Virus record (IMG/VR): IMGVR_UViG_3300045988_167691
Length of the DNA: 64,000 bases
Direction: 5' to 3' (one strand)
Source of the DNA: a virus
Each line of letters begins with the position of its first letter. The first letter of the stretch is position 1. Shown piece after piece: positions 47,201 through 56,549 of the stretch. The notes under the pieces are model-generated. The model saw only the letters and a program-made list of their open reading frames with translations, searched no databases and was not told the origin of the DNA. A program made the position numbers and the translations under genes.

Positions 47201-47941
47201 TTATTGTCGAACTCTTTCTACAAGTGTATCAAGAACACTTCTATCCAATCTTCCTTTTTGAACTGATTTGTAAATTTCCCAAAAAGAACCAACATCAAAA
47301 GAATGCGACTTTTGGAAATTTACCTTAAAATTGTTATCTATCTGAACTATCCCATTTTCGGTACAATACTCAAAAAGGATAGCGGATTTCTGCATTTCCA
47401 ACAAATCGTTCCCCCTGTTCCCTTTACTTTTCTCAATATCAAGATAAGTTTTGGTATTAACAGGTGTCATAGTCAACGCTATGTTTGTAATAAGGGCTTT
47501 TGTCACTCTTTTTGGATTCCGCTTATCTCTTTCCAAAGCCTTTCCTTCAACACTCATTCCAGGCTTTCTTGTTGAACCGGATTCCTTCATCTCAATAGCC
47601 TTATCCCAAAAGGCGCGAGCTTCTGGTGACTTTTCCCATAATTTACCTTTCACAAAAAACTTATTATCTCTCACATAGGCTTCAATAGGCTCGCCTATCC
47701 AAAATCTACTTTTATTGATAGGCGATCTTGTCGGCAAATGATCGAGATTGAACAATCCTGATTTCAAAAATCTATCATATATAAACCCGGACGGCTCTAA
47801 TACTTCTTCTTCGTCGTCCTTTGAAGAATCAGAAGCTACGCCAGAAAAGACCATATTAGAATACGGAGATTCATTTGCAGAATCATCCTTTTTAGCCTTT
47901 TCCAAGTCCAAGTCTACATATAATTTGAAACTATCAAACAT
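47201..47941 (-). CDS. prohead protease (HK97/S78-like)
   Basis: The 246-aa ORF shows a pattern of GVASD..D...E.....F...F......NLDH......IGEPIEAY...N.FFVKGKLW......A...W.......G......MSVEG, similar to the S78 His/Ser protease family. It lies upstream of the scaffold gene. Confidence 0.65.
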   Translation of the reverse strand: MFDSFKLYVDLDLEKAKKDDSANESPYSNMVFSGVASDSSKDDEEEVLEPSGFIYDRFLKSGLFNLDHLPTRSPINKSRFWIGEPIEAYVRDNKFFVKGKLWEKSPEARAFWDKAIEMKESGSTRKPGMSVEGKALERDKRNPKRVTKALITNIALTMTPVNTKTYLDIEKSKGNRGNDLLEMQKSAILFEYCTENGIVQIDNNFKVNFQKSHSFDVGSFWEIYKSVQKGRLDRSVLDTLVERVRQ

Positions 47942-47982
47942 TCTATGATTGTTATATTAAATATAAACGTAATAGCGACACT

Positions 47983-48001
47983 CAAAAATACTGCAAAAAT
48001 A
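47983..48001 (-). promoter_or_regulatory. two tandem -7 boxes (TATTTTTG x2) upstream of the protease-scaffold-capsid genes
   Basis: On the minus strand TATTTTTG occurs at 48001..47994 and at 47990..47983, inside a 127-bp gap. Confidence 0.4.
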
Positions 48002-48068
48002 GGTATAAATTGCAATAACCCAATATTTTAACTTTTATTAATAATTATCACAATCTATACCTTTTGTA

Positions 48069-50066
48069 TTAATGCAACTGTAATCTGTATTTCGATTGTT
48101 TGAGTGTGGCAAGAAAATCATCAATCCAACTCACCTCACCATTGTATTCGTCCCGTCCGGCAAGTTCCTTTCTAAACTCAACCGTCTTGTCGAAAATCAT
48201 CTGGCAAATAGCGATAGGATCAGATTCTTCCACCTCGTCACCTTGTATTTCTCCATCTTTAAACCGTCCGAATCCTGCTTGACCGGCTTCTGCGATCTTA
48301 TCTTCAAATTCAGAAACATTTTCTGAAAGATCATCAAGATAAACGTGCTTCGAGTTATCCTCCTCTCCCCAATGAATGTTTTTAAGGCGCGTTTTAGCTC
48401 CTTCCAGAAAATTAAGATAAATGTTAAAAATGCTCTTATCTTTCTTCTCGGACTTTTCAAGTTCATCTTCCTTTTCTTCCTTAGAAATAGTGTCCTCTTG
48501 TGATTTTCTAATATCTTCTGTTTTGGAAACGCCGTTTAATCTGAATTTAGTACCAAACTTCCATTCTTGTTCACCGTTATCTTCTGTCTTGATAGTTACA
48601 GAAAAGGGTTTGTTCAAATCTGCCACTTTTTGAAAGGTAGCTAAGAGATCGGCAAACTTATTCCCATGATCTCCATCATTGTCACTAAAAGCAATTTGGA
48701 AGTTTCCATAAGTATATTTGTTTGGCTCTTTTTCTTCGTAAACAGTTCCCTTGAAAGTGATAGCTTTCTCAATTTCTTTTTCATGAGAACAGCCTTCCCC
48801 TACTCCATCTTCTGTACGGACGATATTTTTAGTTTCTCCATCCAAAGATTCACGTTGCAATGTATGTGCATCTTCCGTGTCCATTGTTTTTTCAACTTTC
48901 CAATCTTCCGGCAGTTCATCTTCCAAATTAAGCTCTTTTGCACGCTTCTTGATCCATTTCTTTACATCTTCCTTCGACATAGAGGAACTACCGGACAAAC
49001 GGATAGCATCTTTCAAATCTTGACGATTTCTAATAGGATATTTCCCGTTCGGCATTGCCTCGCCTTTCTTTGCTAAATCTTTTCTTTCTTCATGCGTGAA
49101 AGAAGTCTTGTTTGCTGATTTTTCCAGTTTTTCAGGATTTTTCTCGCAATAGGTGGTAAATACTTCCTTTGATATTTTTCCGTCCTTGAATGACTTCATT
49201 ACAAGTTGAAATTCGTCCAGCACTTCAATACCAAGAATACGCTTGATATTATCCTTCATATCAAAAATGAAGTTGTAAAGATCAAGTTCCGTGTAAGGAT
49301 TGATCCATTCCGACCCTGTTTCCTCTTCCGCATCCACAAGGATATTAACTGGTGTCTGATCGTCAATATGACACATAAAATAGTGAATCTCTATCCCTTT
49401 TCTTTTGGGGATATACTTACCGACAGGAATCAATAAACTTTCCGACATATCAATGCCAGTTTCTTCAAACAGCTCTCTTTTGGCTGCTTGCAAGAAAGTT
49501 TCTCCTGGATCAACATGTCCCCCTGGAATGCACCAATCGTTCGATACCGCTCCCTTTTCTCCCACACGGTTCAAGATAAGAAGTTTGTCACCTCTAAAAA
49601 CCAGTACATCGGCAAATTGCACCTTTCCTTGCTTTGCTTTGAACAAATCAAAATAAACCGATTTTTTAATCAACCCTTGTTTCCAAAGTTCCCGACATTC
49701 AAAAAGGTGACGAATATCTTTTGCCATTTCAGCAAAATCTTCATCGTTTTCCAGCCTCTCTATCGACTTCTGGATAGAATTTCTTCTATTGTAAACACTC
49801 ATTAAATCCTTTGATTGCTGTTTCAAGAACTCACTGAAACAACTCTCTACCTTCATAGCGGCTTCCGCATTGTCGCTACCTCTCAAAGAATCGTATTGAG
49901 ACTTCTGTAAAGAGTAATTCTCCGCAAGTGAATCTACTTCTTGCTTTATTTCTCTTTCCTTTTTCAGAAGTCCTTTATACTCATCTATTTTTTCTTTTTG
50001 CGTCTGTAATCCAAGTAACGCTTTCAGGTTCAATCCCATATCATTAAATTTTTGAATTATTGTCAC
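48069..50066 (-). CDS. multidomain protein: coiled coil + Nudix hydrolase + C-terminal Dps/ferritin-like domain
   Basis: The 665-aa ORF has a perfect Nudix box (GHVDPGETFLQAAKRELFEETGI, i.e. Gx5Ex7REUxEExGU). The C-terminal ~120 aa (LKNIHWGEE..HVYLDDLSENVSEFEDKIAEAG ... WIDDFLATLKQSKYRL) resemble the Dps four-helix pattern. Confidence 0.65.
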   Translation of the reverse strand: MTIIQKFNDMGLNLKALLGLQTQKEKIDEYKGLLKKEREIKQEVDSLAENYSLQKSQYDSLRGSDNAEAAMKVESCFSEFLKQQSKDLMSVYNRRNSIQKSIERLENDEDFAEMAKDIRHLFECRELWKQGLIKKSVYFDLFKAKQGKVQFADVLVFRGDKLLILNRVGEKGAVSNDWCIPGGHVDPGETFLQAAKRELFEETGIDMSESLLIPVGKYIPKRKGIEIHYFMCHIDDQTPVNILVDAEEETGSEWINPYTELDLYNFIFDMKDNIKRILGIEVLDEFQLVMKSFKDGKISKEVFTTYCEKNPEKLEKSANKTSFTHEERKDLAKKGEAMPNGKYPIRNRQDLKDAIRLSGSSSMSKEDVKKWIKKRAKELNLEDELPEDWKVEKTMDTEDAHTLQRESLDGETKNIVRTEDGVGEGCSHEKEIEKAITFKGTVYEEKEPNKYTYGNFQIAFSDNDGDHGNKFADLLATFQKVADLNKPFSVTIKTEDNGEQEWKFGTKFRLNGVSKTEDIRKSQEDTISKEEKEDELEKSEKKDKSIFNIYLNFLEGAKTRLKNIHWGEEDNSKHVYLDDLSENVSEFEDKIAEAGQAGFGRFKDGEIQGDEVEESDPIAICQMIFDKTVEFRKELAGRDEYNGEVSWIDDFLATLKQSKYRLQLH

Positions 50067-50517
50067 AAACTACATCCGGGATGCAGACATTATCTGCAAA
50101 AAAGAAGTCCGGCTTATCAAGCTCAAAACTATAAAAATATTGCGAAACATTGTCAATAGGTATCTGTATAATATTGGTTACTTTACCCTTACAGCCATTT
50201 TTCAACATGATAACATCTCCTGGTCGTATCTTGTTAGCTCTTTTCATTTTGTTGCTACACAAAACAAATGAATCTTCTGTTATTCTGTGTAGCGCATCTT
50301 CCCGATACCCCTTTTCAAGAGTTTCATCCTCGGTAATATAGCACACGTCCAGGATACGGGGAATAGATGATAATTCAAACTGCGTCACTCTAACTACTCT
50401 CCTATAGCCAGAAGCGGTTCTTATAACGTCTCCTACTTGAATATCCTTTATCCATTTAGAGCTATCCACTGTAGGGATATTGATATAACCAGAGTTGAAA
50501 ATTGTTCTTGTTCTCAT
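50044..50517 (-). CDS. free-standing degenerate Hint-like domain protein
   Basis: The 157-aa ORF has Hint-like blocks: IKDIQVGDVIRT (A), ALHRITEDSFVL (B), KIRPGDVIML, and YFYSFELDKPDFFFADNV (F). It lacks Cys1 and the terminal HN. Confidence 0.4.
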   Translation of the reverse strand: MRTRTIFNSGYINIPTVDSSKWIKDIQVGDVIRTASGYRRVVRVTQFELSSIPRILDVCYITEDETLEKGYREDALHRITEDSFVLCSNKMKRANKIRPGDVIMLKNGCKGKVTNIIQIPIDNVSQYFYSFELDKPDFFFADNVCIPDVVCDNNSKI

Positions 50518-51470
50518 TACACTTCGAAATATTTTGTACCTACTGTAATTTTCACTTTCGACTTCCTTTGAACACGATCTTTATCTTCCACTTTTTTGGG
50601 TTCAAAAGACTGTGTTTTATCATCCCATTCATAGCCATCTGGAACATATCTTAACAAACAACGGCAGAAAGGGTGAATATTTGTTAAAACAGGCTTCCAA
50701 TCCTTTGATTTTCTGCCTATATTAGTACCGTTAGCAATCAATTCAGACAAATCAAAGATAACAGGTTTAGAACCTATACCATTAGTAGTATAAGCGTTTA
50801 TACAATAGCGGCACGCTTGTGGCATTGTTTGTTTATATACCTTAGCATGGATGCCATGTTCCTTCATTATCATTTGAGCCGTACCTATCTGAAAAATGTT
50901 CTCCATTTCGGTGGCGACTATACGCCCCCAGTCACGATTCCATTCATCCAATCTATGTCCAAGTGCACTTACTATAGACTGAACAGATTTCCTTTTTATA
51001 ACCCCTTCTGAAAGTTCTTCTTTAATAGCTGTTTCAACTTCCCTTTCTCGCTCCGCAACAGCTATTTTCATTTCTTCTTCCGATATGGTGGAAGAAAGAG
51101 AATCCTTTATTTTGTTTCCCATTCCTTTTATATAGGAATAAGAGCGCATAGCAGACGCATTATATTCTGCCTTTTCTCTTGCTGTCAATTGCGGGTATTG
51201 TTCTTTCTCGACATATTGTCTCAAATCATCAAAATTAAGCGAAGAAAGCTGTGCAGGGGAAAGTATGGCTGCTAACCGTCCAAATATGAATGCTTGCCAG
51301 TAAGGTGGTATTTTAAGGATTTCTGTCTTTAAGTCAAAATCGAACCTTTTAAGTACATCTATGTCGTCTGGGGAGAGATAATCTTTTCCCAATACATCGG
51401 CAATCACTCGTGCAATACGATAATCAACAATGAAAAACAACTGCTGTATTTCTTTCGGTGTGAATAACAT
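50517..51470 (-). CDS. head morphogenesis protein (SPP1 gp7 / Mu F-like)
   Basis: The 317-aa ORF has the MuF hallmark IHPFCRC near the C-terminus and is adjacent to the portal gene. Confidence 0.7.
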   Translation of the reverse strand: MLFTPKEIQQLFFIVDYRIARVIADVLGKDYLSPDDIDVLKRFDFDLKTEILKIPPYWQAFIFGRLAAILSPAQLSSLNFDDLRQYVEKEQYPQLTAREKAEYNASAMRSYSYIKGMGNKIKDSLSSTISEEEMKIAVAEREREVETAIKEELSEGVIKRKSVQSIVSALGHRLDEWNRDWGRIVATEMENIFQIGTAQMIMKEHGIHAKVYKQTMPQACRYCINAYTTNGIGSKPVIFDLSELIANGTNIGRKSKDWKPVLTNIHPFCRCLLRYVPDGYEWDDKTQSFEPKKVEDKDRVQRKSKVKITVGTKYFEV

Positions 51471-51474
51471 AGAC

Positions 51475-51672
51475 CTACTTTGATTTTTGACTAACCATTT
51501 TCTTCGTCAAGTCCATTAACATATTGTTTATCTGTGTCGAGAAAATGACCTGCGCCATCCCTTCATAACCTTCTTGTACTTTAGGATAACGCATAGGGTC
51601 AACATGATGATGTATATTTGACACCAACGGCATTTTCTCGACTTTTATGTTCTTTACATATCGAACGTTCAC
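51475..51672 (-). CDS. hypothetical small protein
   Basis: The 65-aa ORF lies between the portal and MuF-like genes and overlaps the portal stop by 4 nt. Confidence 0.4.
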   Translation of the reverse strand: MNVRYVKNIKVEKMPLVSNIHHHVDPMRYPKVQEGYEGMAQVIFSTQINNMLMDLTKKMVSQKSK

Positions 51673-54600
51673 GATCCCCCCCAGTTCTTCTCAATGTAAG
51701 ACATAGCAGCATCCATGATAGGATTCGAACTGAAAGATTTTTGTGTATCTTCCTTTTCTTCCGAAGCTATCTGACGATCCACTTCTTCATTCATCGCTTC
51801 TCCACCATACATAGCTTGCTGTAATTGCATTTGCTTTTGAAGCTGGTAAGATTGATTCAGGATAGTATCCGTTTCGGGATTGAATTTACGTCCAGAGTAT
51901 TTTTCAAAAATATCCTCTAAGCAAACCATACCGTTTTGAATCTTCTTAGCATCAATCTCAACCTGTCTGCCTTCATCCTCTGCGTCTACACCTGTAAAGA
52001 CAAATTCAAAATCTTCGTCCAATTCTGATACAAGATAGTAATTGATCACCTCTTGTAAGAACACAAGAATAGGTTTTAATCCTTTGTCTTTTGAATGTTG
52101 CAAACGCTCCTTTTGTCCAGCTTGTCCAAAGATATTTGTCTGATCTTTAAATTGGAAACCAAGTTCTGATGGATCAATACGATAGACGGCACAAGTCATA
52201 ACAAGTAGGAATTTCACCCACTCGCTAAACTCCATGTCACGGTTGGTATTCTTACTTAAATCTAACCACTGGAGGTCTAACCCGTTGATAATGGGCGTTC
52301 TGTGGCTATTATGGGTAAGAATACCGTTGGCAATAAATTGATGCTCGTTGTCAAAAACTTCTACATCATACATTTCGACTTCTTCTTCCGTTTCCTCTAA
52401 AAATTTGATTTCCGAAAAATAAAAATCATTATATTCGTAAGGAAGATCAAAATTCATTTTTTTAGCAACTTCAAGAAGTCCAGCTTGCGTTATCCCATCA
52501 TGACCAATTCCTATACCAATTAATTTTCTCGAAAGATTTTTGTCTATTTGGTCTTCTTCTTTGAAAACATTTCTTCTAAAAGACTCTACCCTCATCTCAT
52601 TAGCAATCCTTTGCATCATTTTGGGGTGCAGAGAAAACGGTTCTTTGTAATCCAACAAAGACGATCTTTGTTTGTAAGGCTGAATAAAAGATATCCTTTC
52701 AAAGAAATCTTTTCTATTTTTAATCAAAAGAAGAAATCCGCCTTCATGCGGTTCTTTATTTAGTTTTGTCTTTCTTCTTACGTTACCTTCCGAATAAGTG
52801 CATTGAATCCCTTCAGCTAACAATAATTCTCTAAATTGATGTCTTAATCTATTGTTAACTATTGTTATTTGAGGGGAAGGTGAACTTTTAATAGTACATC
52901 CATCAGCAGAAAACATACCTCTTATAAAGGCACATCTGCATTCAGAAGAAATCCTAAACAATACTGGAGCTATTGTTTTGCCTTTACAACTTGGAGTAAA
53001 ACCCAACTCCATCAAAAATTCAAAAAACTGTTTGTCGGAACACAAGATAGAAAGTCTTTCTAAAAGAGTTGATTTAAACCCATACCTTCTTTTTGTATCT
53101 TCAGCCTTTTCTTCTGTTATCTTAGTTCTTTTTATATAATTATTTATTCCATATTTGTTTAAAATTGAATGAATGTGTTCGCTTATATAAACTTCTTTAA
53201 TACTATGAAAATAAAAAGAGATTCTCTTTCTACTTGGATTTCCATTATCAATATGTCCGTCACCAATCAGCCACCCAAGCATCTCAAAGAAATCGGCTTC
53301 AAGTTCTTTTCCTTTATAATATAAAGTCAAAGTTTGAGGTAATGATTTTTTGTTAGATAAAACATAATCTCCTAATTTAATATCTTTTCTCTCTTTCCAT
53401 TCTATAACCCCATTATCAGACACAACCTTAAATCTATGCTCTGGAGAAGATTCAATATACATCCCATTAGCAACACCCAATTTGCATATTTTCTTCTTCT
53501 GCGTTTTCGTAACTCGAGCATCGACAAAAGATTTACCTGTCCATATTTTTACATCCCTATACTCCAATCCATTCAATACGCCTTCCAAAGACACAAGTCC
53601 TTCGTTTTCTGTTACAATTTTAGTGCTTCCAACCAGACAATTACGAGTCCCCACCATAGTCTGTTGCCAAGCCTGTCTGAACTCATCCAAAGAAGATTGA
53701 GATATGTTCGGATTCTTAACATTTATGATTCCTTTTGGTTGAGAAGATTTGCTAAAATAATTTCCGTTATATTCAAACCCCCACAAAATCCACATCATAA
53801 CACTGGACAATGTTTCCAGTTCTGACGTGCCATACCCATTTTTATAGATGTTGGTGGATTTATTGCGGATACCGATGCCCAATTCCCAGGGATAAAAAAT
53901 AACACTTTCATGCGTAACAGGATTTTCCATGATCTGTCCTTGCCATGCCATACAATATTTTGGCAAATAACCTTTGAACCGGTACTGTTCAAATTCTTCC
54001 CGGAACTTTGGATCAATGCTATCAAGAAAACGTATCAAAGAAGCATCCACAGCCCGGTAACGAGCCAAATTCCAAGACCTGTCTCTTACTATTTCAAAAG
54101 CAAGCTGATCAAGAGTAAGGCTATCAAACACAACCTTTCTCCCAAAGTCTTGGAATGTATCAAATGATTCCCATTTGTCATGGAAACCGCCTTCTTCCAA
54201 GAATTTACGAATATAGGCTATCTTTATCTGATCTTCTCTTGAATGTTCTGTACTTTGTTTCTCAAAAGGATTTCTTTTTCTTCGGATAGTGTAACCTTCT
54301 TTCTGTTCATCTGTTGAAAAATGCAAGAAATTCTGTACCTGTTCAACACGGGTATTCACCACAGCCCGGACAACAAAAATGTCCCCCATCCTTCGAAGTA
54401 CTTCAAAAGGAAGCGACCCGTAAAACATAGGGTCTTTATATCCTCTTCCCGTATCACTTGCTTCATCTGGATTAAAGAACACAGCCTTTACATTGTCCTG
54501 TCTTTGATTGACATTATCCAGGTACAAATTAGCTTTTAAAAGATTTTCCAAATCATCAGAACGAGACATCTGCTGTAATTTGGATTGAAGCAAAGTAGGA

Positions 54601-54704
54601 AGAGTTTTCTGCAATCCTACAATATCTTCCAAAGAAAGGCTGGCCAGACCCTTTAACAGGTCTGACTTTCCTTGATTTTTATTTTTGTCTCTTTTCCTAC
54701 TCAC
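51669..54704 (-). CDS. portal protein, interrupted by an intein
   Basis: The 1011-aa ORF would be 567 aa after removal of the insert. It is adjacent to the MuF-like gene and has an acidic Q-rich C-terminus. Confidence 0.7.
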   Translation of the reverse strand: MSRKRDKNKNQGKSDLLKGLASLSLEDIVGLQKTLPTLLQSKLQQMSRSDDLENLLKANLYLDNVNQRQDNVKAVFFNPDEASDTGRGYKDPMFYGSLPFEVLRRMGDIFVVRAVVNTRVEQVQNFLHFSTDEQKEGYTIRRKRNPFEKQSTEHSREDQIKIAYIRKFLEEGGFHDKWESFDTFQDFGRKVVFDSLTLDQLAFEIVRDRSWNLARYRAVDASLIRFLDSIDPKFREEFEQYRFKGYLPKYCMAWQGQIMENPVTHESVIFYPWELGIGIRNKSTNIYKNGYGTSELETLSSVMMWILWGFEYNGNYFSKSSQPKGIINVKNPNISQSSLDEFRQAWQQTMVGTRNCLVGSTKIVTENEGLVSLEGVLNGLEYRDVKIWTGKSFVDARVTKTQKKKICKLGVANGMYIESSPEHRFKVVSDNGVIEWKERKDIKLGDYVLSNKKSLPQTLTLYYKGKELEADFFEMLGWLIGDGHIDNGNPSRKRISFYFHSIKEVYISEHIHSILNKYGINNYIKRTKITEEKAEDTKRRYGFKSTLLERLSILCSDKQFFEFLMELGFTPSCKGKTIAPVLFRISSECRCAFIRGMFSADGCTIKSSPSPQITIVNNRLRHQFRELLLAEGIQCTYSEGNVRRKTKLNKEPHEGGFLLLIKNRKDFFERISFIQPYKQRSSLLDYKEPFSLHPKMMQRIANEMRVESFRRNVFKEEDQIDKNLSRKLIGIGIGHDGITQAGLLEVAKKMNFDLPYEYNDFYFSEIKFLEETEEEVEMYDVEVFDNEHQFIANGILTHNSHRTPIINGLDLQWLDLSKNTNRDMEFSEWVKFLLVMTCAVYRIDPSELGFQFKDQTNIFGQAGQKERLQHSKDKGLKPILVFLQEVINYYLVSELDEDFEFVFTGVDAEDEGRQVEIDAKKIQNGMVCLEDIFEKYSGRKFNPETDTILNQSYQLQKQMQLQQAMYGGEAMNEEVDRQIASEEKEDTQKSFSSNPIMDAAMSYIEKNWGGS
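52308..53639 (-). mobile_element. intein with LAGLIDADG homing endonuclease in the portal gene (aa 356-799)
   Basis: The insert begins CLVGSTKIVT after GTRN, has block B SPEHRF and LAGLIDADG motifs LGWLIGDGHI and IRGMFSADGC, and ends GILTHN|S. Boundary codons were checked: tgt at 53639..53637 and aat at 52310..52308. Confidence 0.8.
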
Positions 54705-54717
54705 GTCAATAAAAAAA

Positions 54718-56547
54718 TTAAGCAGAAGTGCCTGCTGCCTGTGATAGCGTAATTGTTATTTGCTTTGTTCCTTCCGATTGTTTTACAACTGCTGACCCTT
54801 CTCTTACTGTACCAGTATTGACCGCTGCTACAACGGAATATTCGGTTGTTCCTTTCGAAAAACCTGTACCGGAAACTGTCGTAGTATAATTCACAGCCAC
54901 AGGACTACCACTATTCTTTCCATTTACCGTCTTTTGTTTTGTAGAAGAAATAGAAAGAGTTTTTGTTTCACCCGTAGCAACAAATTCCACTCTTGAAGGG
55001 TTTGAAGTCAAATTATAAGTATAAGCAACGGTTGCTTTAGGCTGACTTAAATTAATCGTAATTGATTTTGCGCCCGACCCTTCTTGTGTCACAACAAGAG
55101 TTCCTGTTCTTCCGGTAGTCTCATTTGTATTTTCAGTGGCGGAAACAGTATAATTTGCTCCCGATTGAGTTTTCAAAGAGAAACCCGTACCGGTTACCTT
55201 TCCTGTAGTATTTACGGTAGTTGGAGAACCACTGTTCTTACCGTTCAGCTTCTTTTGTCTGGTAGAAGTGATTGTGACCACTTGATCACCTGCCGTTGCA
55301 GCAAAAGTAAGAGTTGTCTTATTGGCTGTGATCGTATTTTCATAAGTAATAACAGATGCAGCTTGACTTAAAGAAATGGTTGCTGTTTTTCCACTCTCAT
55401 TCTGAATGATTGTAGCTGTACCAGTTCTTTGCTTGTCAGTAGGATTCTCTGTAGCAGAAATTTGACTTATTCCCGCATTACCCGAAAAACCTGTACCGGA
55501 AACTGTCGTAGTATAATTCACAGCCACAGGACTACCACTATTCTTTCCATTTACCGTCTTTTGTTTTGTAGAAGAAATAGAAAGAGTTTTTGTTTCACCC
55601 GTAGCAACAAATTCCACTCTTGAAGGGTTTGAAGTCAAATTATAAGTATAAGCAACGGTTGCTTTAGGCTGACTTAAATTAATCGTAATTGATTTTGCGC
55701 CCGACCCTTCTTGTGTCACAACAAGAGTTCCTGTTCTTCCGGTAGTCTCATTTGTATTTTCAGTGGCGGAAACAGTATAATTTGCTCCCGATTGAGTTTT
55801 CAAAGAGAAACCCGTACCGGTTACCTTTCCTGTAGTATTTACGGTAGTTGGAGAACCACTGTTCTTACCGTTCAGCTTCTTTTGTCTGGTAGAAGTGATT
55901 GTGACCACTTGATCACCTGCCGTTGCAGCAAAAGTAAGAGTTGTCTTATTGGCTGTGATCGTATTTTCATAAGTAATAACAGATGCAGCTTGACTTAAAG
56001 AAATGGTTGCTGTTTTTCCACTCTCATTCTGAATGATTGTAGCTGTACCAGTTCTTTGCTTGTCAGTAGGATTCTCTGTAGCAGAAATTTGACTTATTCC
56101 CGCATTACCCGAAAAACCTGTACCGGAAATTTTAATCTGAATAGCAACGGCTATGGGTTTCCCGTAAGGCGCACCGTCCCGATATTCCTGCTTGCTGGAA
56201 GTAACAACAAAATTCTTGCTTTCACCCGTATTAACGAAAGAAAGAGATTTTGTCTGCAATGTAAACGTATATTCCGTTCTATCAAGAACGTTTACATAAT
56301 TGATCTTTTCTTCTTCCAGTCCTTCGGGATAGCCGATAAGACCCAATTCATTAGCAAGACACCATTCTATAAACTTACCGATATTATAGGTAATACCAGC
56401 TTTTATTACAATCCCTAAAGATTTGTAATAGTCTACATCACCTACCGTATTTTCAGTTACAAAAACATTCATCTGACTGTCTACACCATCTGTTATGACA
56501 GTCATTTGCTTGCTTAAATCTTTTGTTGTAAATAAAAGCCTAAGCAT
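54718..56547 (-). CDS. Ig-like (BACON-like) repeat protein, possible capsid decoration / surface-adhesion protein
   Basis: The 609-aa ORF has an ~85-aa N-terminal domain followed by ~100-aa T/S/G-rich beta-sandwich-type repeats. These end with ...R.G...V.Q.....K..TI.LSQ. Confidence 0.55.
   Translation of the reverse strand: MLRLLFTTKDLSKQMTVITDGVDSQMNVFVTENTVGDVDYYKSLGIVIKAGITYNIGKFIEWCLANELGLIGYPEGLEEEKINYVNVLDRTEYTFTLQTKSLSFVNTGESKNFVVTSSKQEYRDGAPYGKPIAVAIQIKISGTGFSGNAGISQISATENPTDKQRTGTATIIQNESGKTATISLSQAASVITYENTITANKTTLTFAATAGDQVVTITSTRQKKLNGKNSGSPTTVNTTGKVTGTGFSLKTQSGANYTVSATENTNETTGRTGTLVVTQEGSGAKSITINLSQPKATVAYTYNLTSNPSRVEFVATGETKTLSISSTKQKTVNGKNSGSPVAVNYTTTVSGTGFSGNAGISQISATENPTDKQRTGTATIIQNESGKTATISLSQAASVITYENTITANKTTLTFAATAGDQVVTITSTRQKKLNGKNSGSPTTVNTTGKVTGTGFSLKTQSGANYTVSATENTNETTGRTGTLVVTQEGSGAKSITINLSQPKATVAYTYNLTSNPSRVEFVATGETKTLSISSTKQKTVNGKNSGSPVAVNYTTTVSGTGFSKGTTEYSVVAAVNTGTVREGSAVVKQSEGTKQITITLSQAAGTSA
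54856..56129. repeat. perfect tandem duplication, unit 627 bp, 2.03 copies
   Basis: Copy 1 (54856..55482) and copy 2 (55483..56109) appear identical wherever I compared them. The antisense ORFs 55084/55711 and 55429/56056 are offset by exactly 627 bp, and the encoded 209 aa repeat exactly. A 20-bp start of a third copy lies at 56110..56129. Confidence 0.9.
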
Positions 56548-56549
56548 AG

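Noticed and set aside
46497-47261. 254-aa plus-strand ORF (also 46769..47176)
   Set aside because: It lies antisense to the K/E/D-rich scaffold gene. Its translation is S/F-rich low complexity, as expected for the complement of GAA/AAA-rich codons. This is a shadow ORF.
54856-56129. CRISPR array
   Set aside because: The repeat unit is 627 bp, is directly abutting without spacers, and lies in frame inside a coding sequence. I saw no short repeat-spacer pattern anywhere in the window.
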